DNA of 63,881 nt, filler included, from Reclinomonas americana ATCC 50394 (Eukaryota), in assembly GCA_048213135.1 (NCBI GenBank). It is 6 parts of 6 records of this genome, joined end to end, with 100 filler letters (N's around TTAATTAATTAA, not from the genome) between each part and the next. Parts side by side here need not be neighbours in the genome. Positions count along the whole stretch, not along the records: positions 1 to 18,120 come from PS015730.1; 5 more parts are not named here. One strand, written 5' to 3'. Positions 1 through 12,300 of the stretch are shown here, one piece after another. A program made the translations under genes and the position numbers. The notes below the pieces were generated by a model that was given only the letters and a program-made list of their open reading frames with translations, searched no databases and had not been told where the DNA came from. Numbering within the stretch: position 1 is the first letter of the stretch; the number at the start of each line of letters is the position of its first letter.

Positions 1-2
1 AC

Positions 3-1802
3 GTGTACGGCGCGTCGATCAGCACTTCTGGCGGCGTCAATGGCGGCAGCGTGGGTGCTTCGGGTGGCGTGACTGGCGCGACTGTGAGCGCTTCTGGTCA
101 GGTGTCTGGCGGCAGCGTGAGCTCGTCTGGCACTGTGTCTGGCGGCCTTGTGAGCGGCGGCAACGTGACTTCGTCGGGCTACGTGTACGGTGCATCGGTC
201 AGCACTTCTGGTGGCGTGACTGGCGGCAGCGTGAGCGCGTCTGGTGGCGTGAACGGCGGCAGCGTGAGCTCGTCTGGCACTGTGTCTGGTGGCCTGATTA
301 GCGGCGGCAATGTGACGTCGTCGGGCTACGTGTACGGTGCATCGGTCAGCACTTCTGGTGGCGTGACTGGCGGCAGCGTGAGCGCGTCTGGTGGCGTGAA
401 CGGCGGCAGCGTGAGCTCGTCTGGCACTGTGTCTGGTGGCCTGATTAGCGGCGGCAATGTGACGTCGTCGGGCTACGTGTATGGTGCATCGGTCAGCACT
501 TCTGGCGGTGTCAATGGCGGCAGTGTTGGCGCCTCGGGTGGCGTGACTGGCGCGACTGTTAGCGCTTCTGGCCAGGTGGCTGGCGGCAGTTTCAGCACTG
601 GCGGCGACATCTACGCCGGCGGAGTCATTACGGGTGGCAGTTTGACCACCACCGGCAGCATCAAGGGCGGCTCAATTAGCGCGTCTGGTGCTCTCACTGG
701 TGGTTCGATCAGCTCGTCTGGCCTTGTGAGCGGCGGCAGTTTGAGCACGTCTGGCTCGTTCAAGTCCAGCTCTGTCAGCGCTTCTGGCGCTATCTGGGGC
801 AACAGCTTCAGCACCGCCGGCGACATTATTGCTGGTGGTGTTATTACCGGCGGCTCTCTGACGACTTCTGGTACCCTGAGCGCCCCGCTGATCAGCACTG
901 CTGGTCTCATTTCGGCCGGCTCGTTCTCGACCACTGGCTCTGTGTTTGCGTTCAGTGTGGTTGCCCCGCCTGGCATGGGTGGCAACGTGTCGCCGTTCCC
1001 ATCAGTCGGCGCCACCAATGGCCGCTACAACGGCTTCTTCAATGTTGTCAACGCGAACTCCATTACGACTCCTAGCGTCAACGCCACCACCGGTGTCACC
1101 ACTGCTGGTCTCACTGTGAACAACACGGCCGACATTCAGACTCTGAAGGTCAAGCAGGTGGCCAGCTTCATGCAGACGGCGTCGTTCACTGGCGACGTGT
1201 CGATGATGGCCGACCTGACGGTTTATCAGACCTTGACGGCGGACACGTTGGTGGTGCAGACTGCGATTTTCGACAAGCTGGCCGCCAATCTGGCCTCCAT
1301 CCGCAGCCTGGCTGTTCCGCTGACGCAAGTTGTCATGCAGCAGACTACGCAGACTCCGTATACGCTGTTTGGCAGTCTGGTGTACCCGACGTCGTACCTG
1401 CGCGTGGTTGCCGACGCCGCCACCGACGTGTACACGATGGACATCTTGCACCCGAGCATTGGCGAGCAAGAGGGCTTCACCTATGTCGTGCGCAACGAGG
1501 ATCAGCAGGCGTCTGTGCGCATTTCTGTGGATCCTTCCCTCCTCAACAACCCGTGTGGCGACGCCTGCCGCTACTTGGCCTTCACTGTGCCACCTCGCAC
1601 GACTGCCACGTATGTGTTTGTTTTGTGCAAGGCTGCACCGGCGTCGAATGCTGAGGCCGACTACACGAGCCCTGCTTGTGCTTCGGGCCTGGATGGCGAC
1701 ACTTACCCAGACGTCGGCTACTGGGTGCTTCTTCAGAGCACGCCGATCAGTGCATCGGATCCGGTCAACCCGGGACCTTTTGATTCCACATCTCAGGCGT
1801 AA
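3..1802 (+). CDS. Gly/Ser/Thr-rich repeat protein, fibre/beta-helix-like, 5' truncated at the window edge, no introns in the visible part
   Basis: 599-aa open frame with host-like codon usage. It has ~11-aa repeats (e.g. GGSVSASGGVT) and near-identical 147-nt units starting at 181, 328 and 475. The C-terminal domain is non-repetitive and ends YWVLLQ...TSQA*. Confidence 0.75.
   Translation: MYGASISTSGGVNGGSVGASGGVTGATVSASGQVSGGSVSSSGTVSGGLVSGGNVTSSGYVYGASVSTSGGVTGGSVSASGGVNGGSVSSSGTVSGGLISGGNVTSSGYVYGASVSTSGGVTGGSVSASGGVNGGSVSSSGTVSGGLISGGNVTSSGYVYGASVSTSGGVNGGSVGASGGVTGATVSASGQVAGGSFSTGGDIYAGGVITGGSLTTTGSIKGGSISASGALTGGSISSSGLVSGGSLSTSGSFKSSSVSASGAIWGNSFSTAGDIIAGGVITGGSLTTSGTLSAPLISTAGLISAGSFSTTGSVFAFSVVAPPGMGGNVSPFPSVGATNGRYNGFFNVVNANSITTPSVNATTGVTTAGLTVNNTADIQTLKVKQVASFMQTASFTGDVSMMADLTVYQTLTADTLVVQTAIFDKLAANLASIRSLAVPLTQVVMQQTTQTPYTLFGSLVYPTSYLRVVADAATDVYTMDILHPSIGEQEGFTYVVRNEDQQASVRISVDPSLLNNPCGDACRYLAFTVPPRTTATYVFVLCKAAPASNAEADYTSPACASGLDGDTYPDVGYWVLLQSTPISASDPVNPGPFDSTSQA
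181..560 (+). repeat. Coding tandem repeat, 147-nt (49-aa) unit
   Basis: acgtgtacgg/acgtgtatgg recurs at 1, 181, 328 and 475. Units 181-327 and 328-474 are nearly identical. Confidence 0.9.
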
Positions 1803-1990
1803 GGATTCTGACCGGCAGTCAGCAACCACACATCACTCGAGCGCCTACTCGTGTATTCATTATCGCAGTTGGTGTACAGCAAGCGCATGATGCAAGTGAA
1901 GTGTGTTGGTATTTTGCGTAGCTGTTCATTGATCATGATGATGATGATGATTTGGAGATTTCAACTTGGTTCTCATTGCTCCGTTTTCGC

Positions 1991-3921
1991 TCACATGAAA
2001 TGCTTCGACAGCTGCGGTCCCGTTTGCCTTGCATAATGCGAGTCGCCTTTCAGAGCGTAGAGCATGGAAGTCGGGCGGTCGAGTCGCTCAAAGACCATGC
2101 GGCAGATTGGTTGACGATGTCGCACAATGAGATCGTCTTCGTAGGCTCTGACTTCAAGCACGCATGTAGTACCGCGCGCTGGTTCGGTGCACGATGAGCT
2201 GCTGTGCATCAGCAGTTCGCAAGCAGAGGCACATGTCGATAACGTACCACCCTTGTCAGAGCTCCAGCCACCGCCAGAGCCAAAAAAGCCAGCGTAGTGC
2301 GCACGAAATTCACCAGTGGTTGAGTCGTGCGCTAGCATTTCGCATCCGTAATCGGGCGGAACGCAGAGCAGCTCGTACGTGTTGAATATGTAAAATCTCT
2401 GTACGGCCAACCGTCGTAAGCCACGTGTGGGAGTAACATTTGCACCACAATATACGTATACGTACGCCTTTCTCGAGCCACAAGAAGCCTTCGACCTTTG
2501 TAATTCAAGTCAGCAACTTCTGAGGGATTCACACACACACACACACACACACACACCGGCTTCGGAATTGGCTCCCAGAAATCGACAGCTCGATGCGCGC
2601 GTTCCTTTGTGAGATCCAACTCCTTGAAGGTTTTCTTTGCAACGTAGCCCACAATATCNNNNNNNNNNNNNNNNNNNNNNNNNNNNNNNNNNNNNNNNNN
2701 NNNNNNNNNNNNNNNNNNNNNNNNNNNNNNNNNNNNNNNNNNNNNNNNNNNNNNNNNNNNNNNNNNNNNNNNNNNNNNNNNNNNNNNNNNNNNTGGCGGC
2801 GACGGCGACTGCCTTTCAGAGACACGGACAGACAGACAATGCACTGTTGCGCACCACACACCTTGATCAAGGTCCATGGTCAGCATCAGACCATTGTCGA
2901 TGAGCACTGATTCCAGAGGCAGAGCCTCGTGGGTCTTGGTATATAGCAGAGCACCCTCCGACGTGTACAGGTCTTGCAGCTCTGTGGTTGTCAACACGTC
3001 ACGTGTGCCGAAAAACATTACTTGGTTCAGGCTGAGTCCTGTGTCGTCGCGATGGCTTCAGTGCTTCGGGAGGTGGTAATAAAAAGGTACGGGCGAGTCA
3101 AACCTGCCACCACAACGACGTCAAAGCTGTTGCTTGTCACTTGGCACCACACATCGCCTTCGTAGCCTGGTGGAATCTTGTCGTACCGGCTGGAGTAATC
3201 GCAGATGCACCGAGTGTTCACGTCTGCAGCAAGGCAACGCAGTGAGCTGCGAGGAGCACGCAACTGACGGTTGACAACAGCAACGATGTACCTGCGCGAC
3301 CAGTACTGCTTTTGGAGTTCGTGTATGCAGTCATGCCAGCCGGAAGCTTGAACCTCTGCTCTAGTCTCACCAGGTACACAGTGTTGCGCTCCAGCACCGT
3401 TGGCGTGCTCAAGTCGATCACTGCACGCATTGTGAGGAATGGCTTCGGCGTTGTGAATGCAAGCTGATCGACGCAACATGGTCCCCGTCGAAACTTGTCC
3501 AGCAGCTCAGCCACCGTCTCGGATTGCAGCGGCAGAATGCAGCCAGGAAGTTTGCATGCTAACACACACACACACATATGCAGCTCATTAGCGACAGCCA
3601 CCTCTGTCGACGTCCCTCTTGCGGGGAGAGCGTACCTTCGCTGCTGAGAGTGAGATCAAGCGATGCCGGTTGCAAATGCTCGATTCTCACAGACTCGTCT
3701 GCATTGCAGATGAGCTGGCCTTGTGCCATCATCTCTTTCATGCTGTAGAGAAGTGCGCGGTTAAGGGTGTGCGGGGGGTGGTTCAGCTGACACAATCACA
3801 GACAGACAGATGAACTCAACGTGTCGTGCGACAGTGCGCCGCGTACCGCCGGCTCCGCCGACGGCACACGCCTGTGCCTCGACTGCACAGACAGCGATTC
3901 TCCACTCGCAGACGACGCCAT
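1991..3921 (-). CDS. dcd: dCTP deaminase, long two-domain bacterial type (DCD family), copy 1, multi-exon
   Basis: Spliced motifs LQPASLDLTL, TNSKSSTGR, YDKIPPGYEG, DIVGYVAKK, DFWEPIP, GEFRAHYAGFF, VLEVRAYE and QLSKHF*. ATG at 3921, TGA at 1991. One intron contains a gap. Confidence 0.85.
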
Positions 3922-3983
3922 TTGTACACTTGTTCACTTTTCTCACACACCACCACCTGGAGCAATTCTTGTTACCAACGGTC

Positions 3984-6352
3984 TCATGTGCGCGGCGGGA
4001 CCACGGGCTTGAAATGTTTCGACAACTTCGGCCCGCTCTGATCGGCGTCTGCATACAACACACAGAGCTCAGCACACGATGAAGAAGCACATGCATGCTA
4101 TAGGCGAAACGAGGACGCAACAGTTGCTGCCAGTAGCCGTCGAGTACGGTCGCGAGGTTGTCCGGTCAAGCCGTTCGTATACCATGCGACAAATCGGCTG
4201 GCCCGCTGCTGTGAGAGTCTCGGCGCCCATGTGAACAAGTGTAATGTGCGTACCTGGCGATGTCTGACGATCATGTCGTCCTCTGACACAAAAAAAGCAA
4301 ATGAACGCTTGTCAGATCGAAATTACCCTCGCTGCAAACTTGCAGGCGCCGCATCGCCGCATCTCACCGAATGCTCGAACTTCCAGCACCCCCGGTGTGC
4401 CCATCTCTGCGGCACCGAGAAAAGCACGTGTAAGTGCTATACGCGCAACGATTCACAAAAGCACGAGAGTCATCGCGCAACTTCCCGATTCTCGGACTCC
4501 GAAGCCCGGATCAAAAAAGCTGCAGTTCGACATGAGCTCAGCTCACGCTTACTTTCGTGCGTGCACTTGAGCAGCGCACTCACACCCACCCTGCATAGTG
4601 CGCACGAAATTCGCCAGAGGTGCTGTCGTACGGTACCATTTCGCTGGCATGCAGCAGATGTGAGTCAAGCGGCAATTAAAGTCGACACTTTGCTGTCGTG
4701 GAGCAACCACTAACCACGCCAAGTCGTGCGGCTGCAATGAAGGTTGCGTGTCACACTAAGCACCCAAGTAGAAATGACAAGGAGGCTGTGGGTAGCGTAC
4801 CACGACAATGCATTCAGACGTGCAGAATATGTAGAGAGAGCCCCGTTGAAGCCAGAGGAAACCGTTCTTCTGCATGCAATCGGTGACAGACAGGCACGTG
4901 AAGTGAGAGGATATGCGGGCGTGAAGCAACACATACAGCCGCACGAAACAGGGCGGGGAATTGGGTCGAAGAAATCATCGGCGTCGTGCGCTGCCACCTG
5001 TCAATGTGTCAGCGAAAAAAACTGTCGCGATGCGCCTGCGAAATGCGTTTCACCATGGTCAAGTCCAGTTCCTTGAACGTCTTCTTGGCCACAAAACCGA
5101 CAATGTCTGCCACAACGTTGCGCTGTGCGTGAGACGTTTTCGGCCACGACAAAGCCCCCCACCCATCCATCCACCCACTCACCTTGGTCCAAATCAATGG
5201 TGAGCAGCAGTCCATCATCCATCCAGACATCGTCCAGTGGCACCGGTACGTGTTCTCTAGTGTACACCAGCGGCTGTGCGGCGTACAGAGAGCGCATCTC
5301 CTCCTGTCGCAACACCTGCAGTGCATCCACCGGTACTCAGTCGCCAAAAGAGCGCACGAGGCATAGGCGGAAGGCGACCATACATAACTTGTCGCTCGCC
5401 GTAGAAGATTGCCTGGTTGAGACTGAGGCCTGCAGTGACCACACAGTTGAGTACACTGTGAGCAGCCGACGCAGCGTCGAGGTGCACATGCAACCTTCTT
5501 GCACCACACAGTTGAACGTGTTGGCCGTGAGTTGTACCCACACATCGCCCTCGTAGCCAGCGGGGACCTTGTCGTAGCGCGGGGTGCGATCACACATGGA
5601 TCGCGTGGTGACATCTGCAACGTGTGAGCACCGGCAGAGTGAGTTCTGCCTCCTCCCTTTGCGCGGCGGACACCGTACCGACTCGGCCGGTTGAACTCTT
5701 GGCATTGGTGTAAGCGGCGATGCCCGGCGGCAGACGGAAGCGTTCACGAAGGCGAACAATGTACAACACTCCGCGATCGAGGATAGTGGGCTGCGAAATG
5801 TCGATGCCTGGCGCGCCGCTGTTCGTCAAGTCACCGAGATGGTAAGGGGGGGCCGACGACACAGGGCGACGCAACGTGGGCCACGTTTGAACTGCGTCAA
5901 CAGCTCGGCAATGGTCTCGGTCTGCAGTGGCAAGATCGAACCGGGCAACTGCGAAGCACACGCAGGTAAGGACATTCGGTAACACCCGCCATGCGCACGT
6001 AGCTGGAGGTGAAGAAGTGAACCTTGTATGCTGCACACGCGTACATGGGCGATGAGCGAATCGAGAGTGGGCGTCGATGCGATCAATAACACCGCGATCA
6101 AACTGACCTTCGTCGGCGAGTGTGAGATCAAGCGAAGCCGGTTGTATCTGCTCGTCGTCGAATGGTGGTGCACGCGACGATGCAGAGGGTGCACTGCTGA
6201 CAAGCCAGCCATCGTGGATCAACGCACGCATTCTTCGCACACACATACACACACAAGAGTTCACTTGTCAGCATGCGTCATGTGACTGCGCGACTTGTGT
6301 GCACGCCTCACGAAACGTGTCGTAGGAGAGAGTGCCGTGTTGTGGTACCGAC
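3984..6352 (-). CDS. dcd: dCTP deaminase (DCD family), copy 2, multi-exon, start lies in the gap
   Basis: Motifs IQPASLDLTL, TNAKSSTGR, YDKVPAGYEG, DIVGFVAKK, GEFRAHYA, VLEVRAFEDD and GSNYADQSGPKLSKHFKP. TGA at 3984. Confidence 0.85.
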
Positions 6353-6968
6353 NNNNNNNNNNNNNNNNNNNNNNNNNNNNNNNNNNNNNNNNNNNNNNNN
6401 NNNNNNNNNNNNNNNNNNNNNNNNNNNNNNNNNNNNNNNNNNNNNNNNNNNNNNNNNNNNNNNNNNNNNNNNNNNNNNNNNNNNNNNNNNNNNNNNNNNN
6501 NNNNNNNNNNNNNNNNNNNNNNNNNNNNNNNNNNNNNNNNNNNNNNNNNNNNNNNNNNNNNNNNNNNNNNNNNNNNNNNNNNNNNNNNNNNNNNNNNNNN
6601 NNNNNNNNNNNNNNNNNNNNNNNNNNNNNNNNNNNNNNNNNNNNNNNNNNNNNNNNNNNNNNNNNNNNNNNNNNNNNNNNNNNNNNNNNNNNNNNNNNNN
6701 NNNNNNNNNNNNNNNNNNNNNNNNNNNNNNNNNNNNNNNNNNNNNNNNNNNNNNNNNNNNNNNNNNNNNNNNNNNNNNNNNNNNNNNNNNNNNNNNNNNN
6801 NNNNNNNNNNNNNNNNNNNNNNNNNNNNNNNNNNNNNNNNNNNNNNNNNNNNNNNNNNNNNNNNNNNNNNNNNNNNNNNNNNNNNNNNNNNNNNNNATGC
6901 AGTCGTCTCCGCTGACATGAGTGTGTAATTTATGTACTGAATGTGCGACACACAGACAAACAGAGAGA

Positions 6969-7007
<39 letters not shown>

Positions 7008-7071
7008 AAAGTCAGTGGAGGAGTGCGTGCGCGCGCGTGCGAGTGTGTGAAAGAATTTTCCGAGTTGTCTG

Positions 7072-8063
7072 TCACTTGTCGGTTGTTGTTGATATCCCGC
7101 CACCAGCATCATCACCCGAAGCGACGAGAGTGGTTTGCCGCCTCTTCTCGTGCAGGCCGAGCAGCCAGGCTTGGATCCGCATACGCAGATCGTCGTTCGG
7201 CAACAGCATGTTNNNNNNNNNNNNNNNNNNNNGGAGTCCAGCACAGAGTCAAGCACCGGCGACATGGGTGAGCGATCCAGCCACGCCTCAATCGCCGATC
7301 GCTCGTACGTGACACTGCGATGCGCGCGAGCGATGCATTTGTGAGCGGAGAAGAGATGCACGTACACATATGCATGCACACAGGCGCGCATACCCGTCCG
7401 CAGCAATGACCGGATCGTCCATGACCGACAACGAAATGGGGCACTTGAACTCGTCGGGTGCGCCTGCATCGTCGTCACCGGCATCGTCATCATCGCCATC
7501 GCCGCCACTGTAGACGGCACTCGACCCTGCGCACACTTCACATAAGCCCCTTCCATCCAACACTAACAACACCACAAGAATGACACCAGAAGCCGCGCGC
7601 AGAGACACACACACACCATGCACGCCCGACCCACTCGCACCGCTGCCACTCGCGCTTCCGCCACCCCAGGCCGACACCTCTCGCGGAATCACCCTGCCAC
7701 CGCCGCCCCCACTATGCGCACTTTTCGCCTTGGCGAGGAGCCAGGCTTGAATGCGCACACGCAGATCCTCATTCGGTATCAACTCGTTGCTCTCCAACGC
7801 CAGCCCCGTCACCACCGGCGAGAACGGCGAGCGCTCCAGCCACGCCGCAATCGACGAGCGCTCATAAGTCACTCTGACATCAACACAACACGATGAGACG
7901 GAGTCACGCTGCTGTCAGTCCTCAGCACTCGCGCACACACGCACCCATCACACGCAATGACCGGATCGTCCATCACCGACAGCGAGATGGGGCACTTGAA
8001 ATCCTCCGGTGCATCCGCCTCCTCATCGTAGCCCTCTGCACCCACCCCCTCCCACTGTGAGAC

Positions 8064-8098
<35 letters not shown>

Positions 8099-8265
8099 GC
8101 ACGCACACTCAGCTCACCCCAATCAAGCGACGCGACATGATGCGCGCCCGACGACGATGAACCCGATCCCGATCCCGATGCCTCTCCGTCTGCACACACA
8201 CACGTAGAGTGAGAGCAGCACACGCACATGCACTCTCCACCACCAGACACGCAACATCGCGACAT
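7072..8265 (-). CDS. Protein with two tandem U-box domains (putative E3 ligase)
   Basis: Two copies of P(E/D)xFKCPISLSVMDDPVIAxDG-VTYERS(S/A)IxAWL...L(I/L)PNxDLR(V/M)RIQAW. The spliced start reads MSRYGEASGS. Confidence 0.85.
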
Positions 8266-8337
8266 GGTGTGTCGATGATGTGAGGGTGTCCTCCATCGCG
8301 TCCTCCTTCTTGCGTCGGTGTTTGTGTCAAAGAGGAG

Positions 8338-9261
8338 ATGGAGTGCGGTCTTGATGGTGAGCAGCTGCTTGCGCTAATCTCTGCGGTGGCGCACGTGGAG
8401 TTTCCGGCACAGCAGGATGACGAGGAGCAGCATGATGTCGATGTGCAAGAGGAGTCGACCGAGGCTGAGGAGAATGCCAGTGTGCTGCAGGCAGTGCCGG
8501 CGTTGGCGGCGCATCGAGGTGCGTCAGGGAAAGAGAGAGAAAGAGAGAGTGTGTGTGTGTAAGCAAGAGTGGGAAATGGCCTGACTGTGCTGCTCTCCTT
8601 GTTGTTGCAGAGGCCGCGGGGGTGGTACAGGCGTACCGAGCGTTCTTGCGAGACGCTGTCGGGCAGAACTGGGGTCAAGTCGAGGTCGAGAGTCGCATGT
8701 CGGAGGCTGGAGTTTTGTTGTTGCAAATGCATACACTCTCTCGCTCTCTCTCCCTCGTGTGATGCTGACTCGTGGTGCGCAGGCGTCGGCCGAGACCACC
8801 AGTGTCATGGTGCAATTCTGGAACCGGGAGCGCGAAAGGGTCTGTGTCTGCGCTCGCCCTCTTCTTTCTTCGTCGTCTTGCTCTGACTTGAGCATTCCGT
8901 GGTTGTGTTGCAGCTCCGACAGCACCTTGTGCGAAGCACAGTGTGGGGCCAGCGGTTTGAGAAGCTCAACTGGCGAGTGGATTCGCAGACACAGTCGCGG
9001 CGAGTGGCTGCCCTCAATCGCCCGTGTGCGGTGGTCGAGTTGGTCACGTCGCAGCCGTCGCTTGGGGTTGCGTCTCTCTCTCTCTCACTCTGTGTGTGTT
9101 GTCGCTTGCGTGGTTCTCACCGGTGTCGCGCGTAGGCTCGCGGTGCACGAGGGCAGGAGAGCAGCAAGAGCGTGACCTTTGAGATCACGGCCAGCACGCT
9201 GGCAAAGGTGGTCGCCCAGCTGTCACACGTGCAGGAGGAGATTGCAAAGTACACGGCATGA
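8338..9261 (+). CDS. COMMD1: COMM domain-containing protein 1
   Basis: 5 exons. The COMM domain reads FEKLNWRVDSQTQSRRVAALNRPCAVVEL...VTFEI...LAKVVAQLSHVQEEI, preceded by QFWNRERERLR. Confidence 0.8.
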
Positions 9262-9314
9262 ATAAGCGTTCTACTCTTGTTATTTAATAACTCTCCCTCC
9301 CCTCCCCGCCGTTC

Positions 9315-12300
9315 TCATTCATCTCCATCGTCGTCGTCGTCTTCGGCACCCTCCACTGGAATGTTGACGTGGAACAGGCGAATTCCGGTTTGGTCGAACA
9401 GCGATCGTGAGGTGGCCATGGTCGACACGCAAATCTGCGGGGGGCAATGAGCATGTCACACGAGGGCAGATGTGTGAGACAGATGTAACGCACCTGGCCC
9501 CAGATGTACGCCGTCAGCCAGCTGCTGAGGCTGGGGTGTCGTACATTCGGGAACACCATCAGCGGGTGCGGCACTGGCAGCGCACCGACCAGTGTTGTGG
9601 ATCGGAGAAATTCGAGCACATCGGTCTCTTGCATCATTCTGCGTGCGACACGGCGGCGGGTTAACAGGCAAGAACAAGATAGGCGGGCAAGAATCAGGCG
9701 CACACGAACCGCCCACTGCTGAGGCGCTCCAGCTTTTGCGACAGGGCCTGAATGAGCAGCAGTATTGTCTTGAGCTTGGGCGACAGCACGCCACGGGCCT
9801 CGGCGAGCCAGGCGCCATCGGGTGCGAACTGTTGCCCCGGAGAACGCGCAGCCACCGGTGGTGATGCTGGTGCAGCAGACGACCCAGACGCTCCCTCGTT
9901 GGGGCCAAGCACTTGCTGCAGCACCGTGTCCAGCAACTCATCGACAACCTCGCGCCGAGCTGCCTCCTCCACGTCTGCCTCGCCGTCGTCGGCCACGGAC
10001 GCCGCCACAGACTCGCCTACTGTGGCCGCCACAGAGACGCCAGACACGGACTGCGGACTGAGCGCCGATGGTGACATGGTCGGTGATCGTGGCGGAGGTG
10101 GTGGCGACGGTGAGGCAGCACCGGCAGCTGCTGTGGACGACGCGCCCGCACTGTCCATTTGCTCACCATACAAGGCTCTGCGTGCCACGGCCTCGGTGTG
10201 TGCCAGAAAATCACTTGCAACACCACCCGTGCCTGCGGTCATGCTGCGTGCGCGAGCCGAGGACAGTGGTTAAGTATCACGAAAACAGCAACCAATAAAA
10301 CCGGGGACCACTACGCAACGATGGGTCGCCGTACTCGAGGTACTTGGCGAGGTCGAAGAACACAGACGGGTTGATCATGATTTGGTGAGTGAGTGGCACT
10401 GTGCCCCCGTACTGGTACTGCACGCAGTTGACAAAGGCCAGCAGCACGAAGTCGGCATACTGGTAGTTGTAGTAGCCGCCCTCGAGCACTCTGCGTGACG
10501 TGACGCGCTTCAACAAGGACATGAGAGAGGCGGCGGTGGTGGCCGACATGTTGGTGAGGAAGGGCGACATGTTGGCCAGTGTCTTGAACAGTTGCGGGAA
10601 GGTCAGCGTGATCAGTGCGTCGCCGGTGGTGATCAGATGCTGCAACGCCAGGATCACGAAATCCGCGTGGGAGCCGTCGCGGAAGTACGGAATGCCAGTC
10701 GGCAACTTCAGGCCGACAAACAGCTGGTGACACAAGGAGATGGTGAACTCGCGGTCACAGCTGAGCGTGTGCAGCACCAACGCTCCGTTCTGCACGAGGC
10801 CGTAGCGGTTGCCGTCCTCGTTGCGGATGGTCAGCATGAGGCACAGCAGGGGGTACACCAGCTCGCCTGAGGCAAGACACCATGGTGTCAGCAGGACGAC
10901 GGCAGACACGACACATTCGAATCTATACACACACACACACACCAATGTCACGACGTGATGCCAGGTGCGCCCTGAAGCCGGCGTTCGTCTCAATCAGCAG
11001 GTACAAGAAGACCACCACCTCGTGATGGAACGAAAAGTCACGCTGCGAGTGCGGCAAGTAGGTGTTGTTGACGGTCAGCTTGTCCTTCAGCAGTTGCACG
11101 AGACCGACAAACACGGCCTCAAAGTCGTCGTCGCTCGCAATGTGCTCTCGCGCAAACTCCAAGTAAATGTTCCTGTACCCGCGCGCGCAAACACACACAC
11201 AGTCAGGCATGTGTGGTGTGAAAACTCGCGCCTCATTCTTCTCTGACCTTCCGGGTACAGCCGCCGCCGCACTCTCGTTGCCGGCATTCTTGTAGTCCAG
11301 GAACACATCGAGAATCTGCGAAACCGGCGACGTGTGAGCGACGGACGGCATCACACAGAAAAAAGAAAACACACGANNNNNNNNNNNNNNNNNNNNNNNN
11401 NNNNNNNNNNNNNNNNNNNNNNNNNNNNNNNNNNNNNNNNNNNNNNNNNNNNNNNNNNNNNNNNNNNNNNNNNNNNNNNNNNNNNNNNNNNNNNNNNNNN
11501 NNNNNNNNNNNNNNNNNNNNNNNNNNNNNNNNNNNNNNNNNNNNNNNNNNNNNNNNNNNNNNNNNNNNNNNNNNNNNNNNNNNNNNNNNNNNNNNNNNNN
11601 NNNNNNNNNNNNNNNNNNNNNNNNNNNNNNNNNNNNNNNNNNNNNNNNNNNNNNNNNNNNNNNNNNNNNNNNNNNNNNNNNNNNNNNNNNNNNNNNNNNN
11701 NNNNNNNNNNNNNNNNNNNNNNNNNNNNNNNNNNNNNNNNNNNNNNNNNNNNNNNNNNNNNNNNNNNNNNNNNNNNNNNNNNNNNNNNNNNNNNNNNNNN
11801 NNNNNNNNNNNNNNNNNNNNNNNNNNNNNNNNNNNNNNNNNNNNNNNNNNNNNNNNNNNNNNNNNNNNNNNNNNNNNNNNNNNNNNNNNNNNNNNNNNNN
11901 NNNNNNNNNNNNNNNNNNNNNNNNNNTCGTCGGCACAGTCACCGCGCTTCTGGCACGCGCTGTTCTCGCTGAGCGACACCATGGAGGATGATGTGTTGGG
12001 TGGCGGCTCCGAGTTCACGCATGAGTTTGTGTGGCGCATGCGACGGGAGCGTGAGGAGAACCTTGTGTTGCTCATCACCAAGGTGTGTGTGTGCGAGAGA
12101 GAGAGAGTGTGTGTGTGTGTGTATGTGTGAGAGAGAGAGGGAGGGAGAGCGAGTGTGTGTGTGTGCGCACCATGTCGCTTACACTCTTGTGTGCGTGTGT
12201 AGTGTGTCGACATTCTGCGACGGTTTGCGCTGACGCAGGCCACTGATGGTGGCGCGTCTGCGTCTGACGCTCAACCGCCGGCGACGGCATCGTCGGCGCG

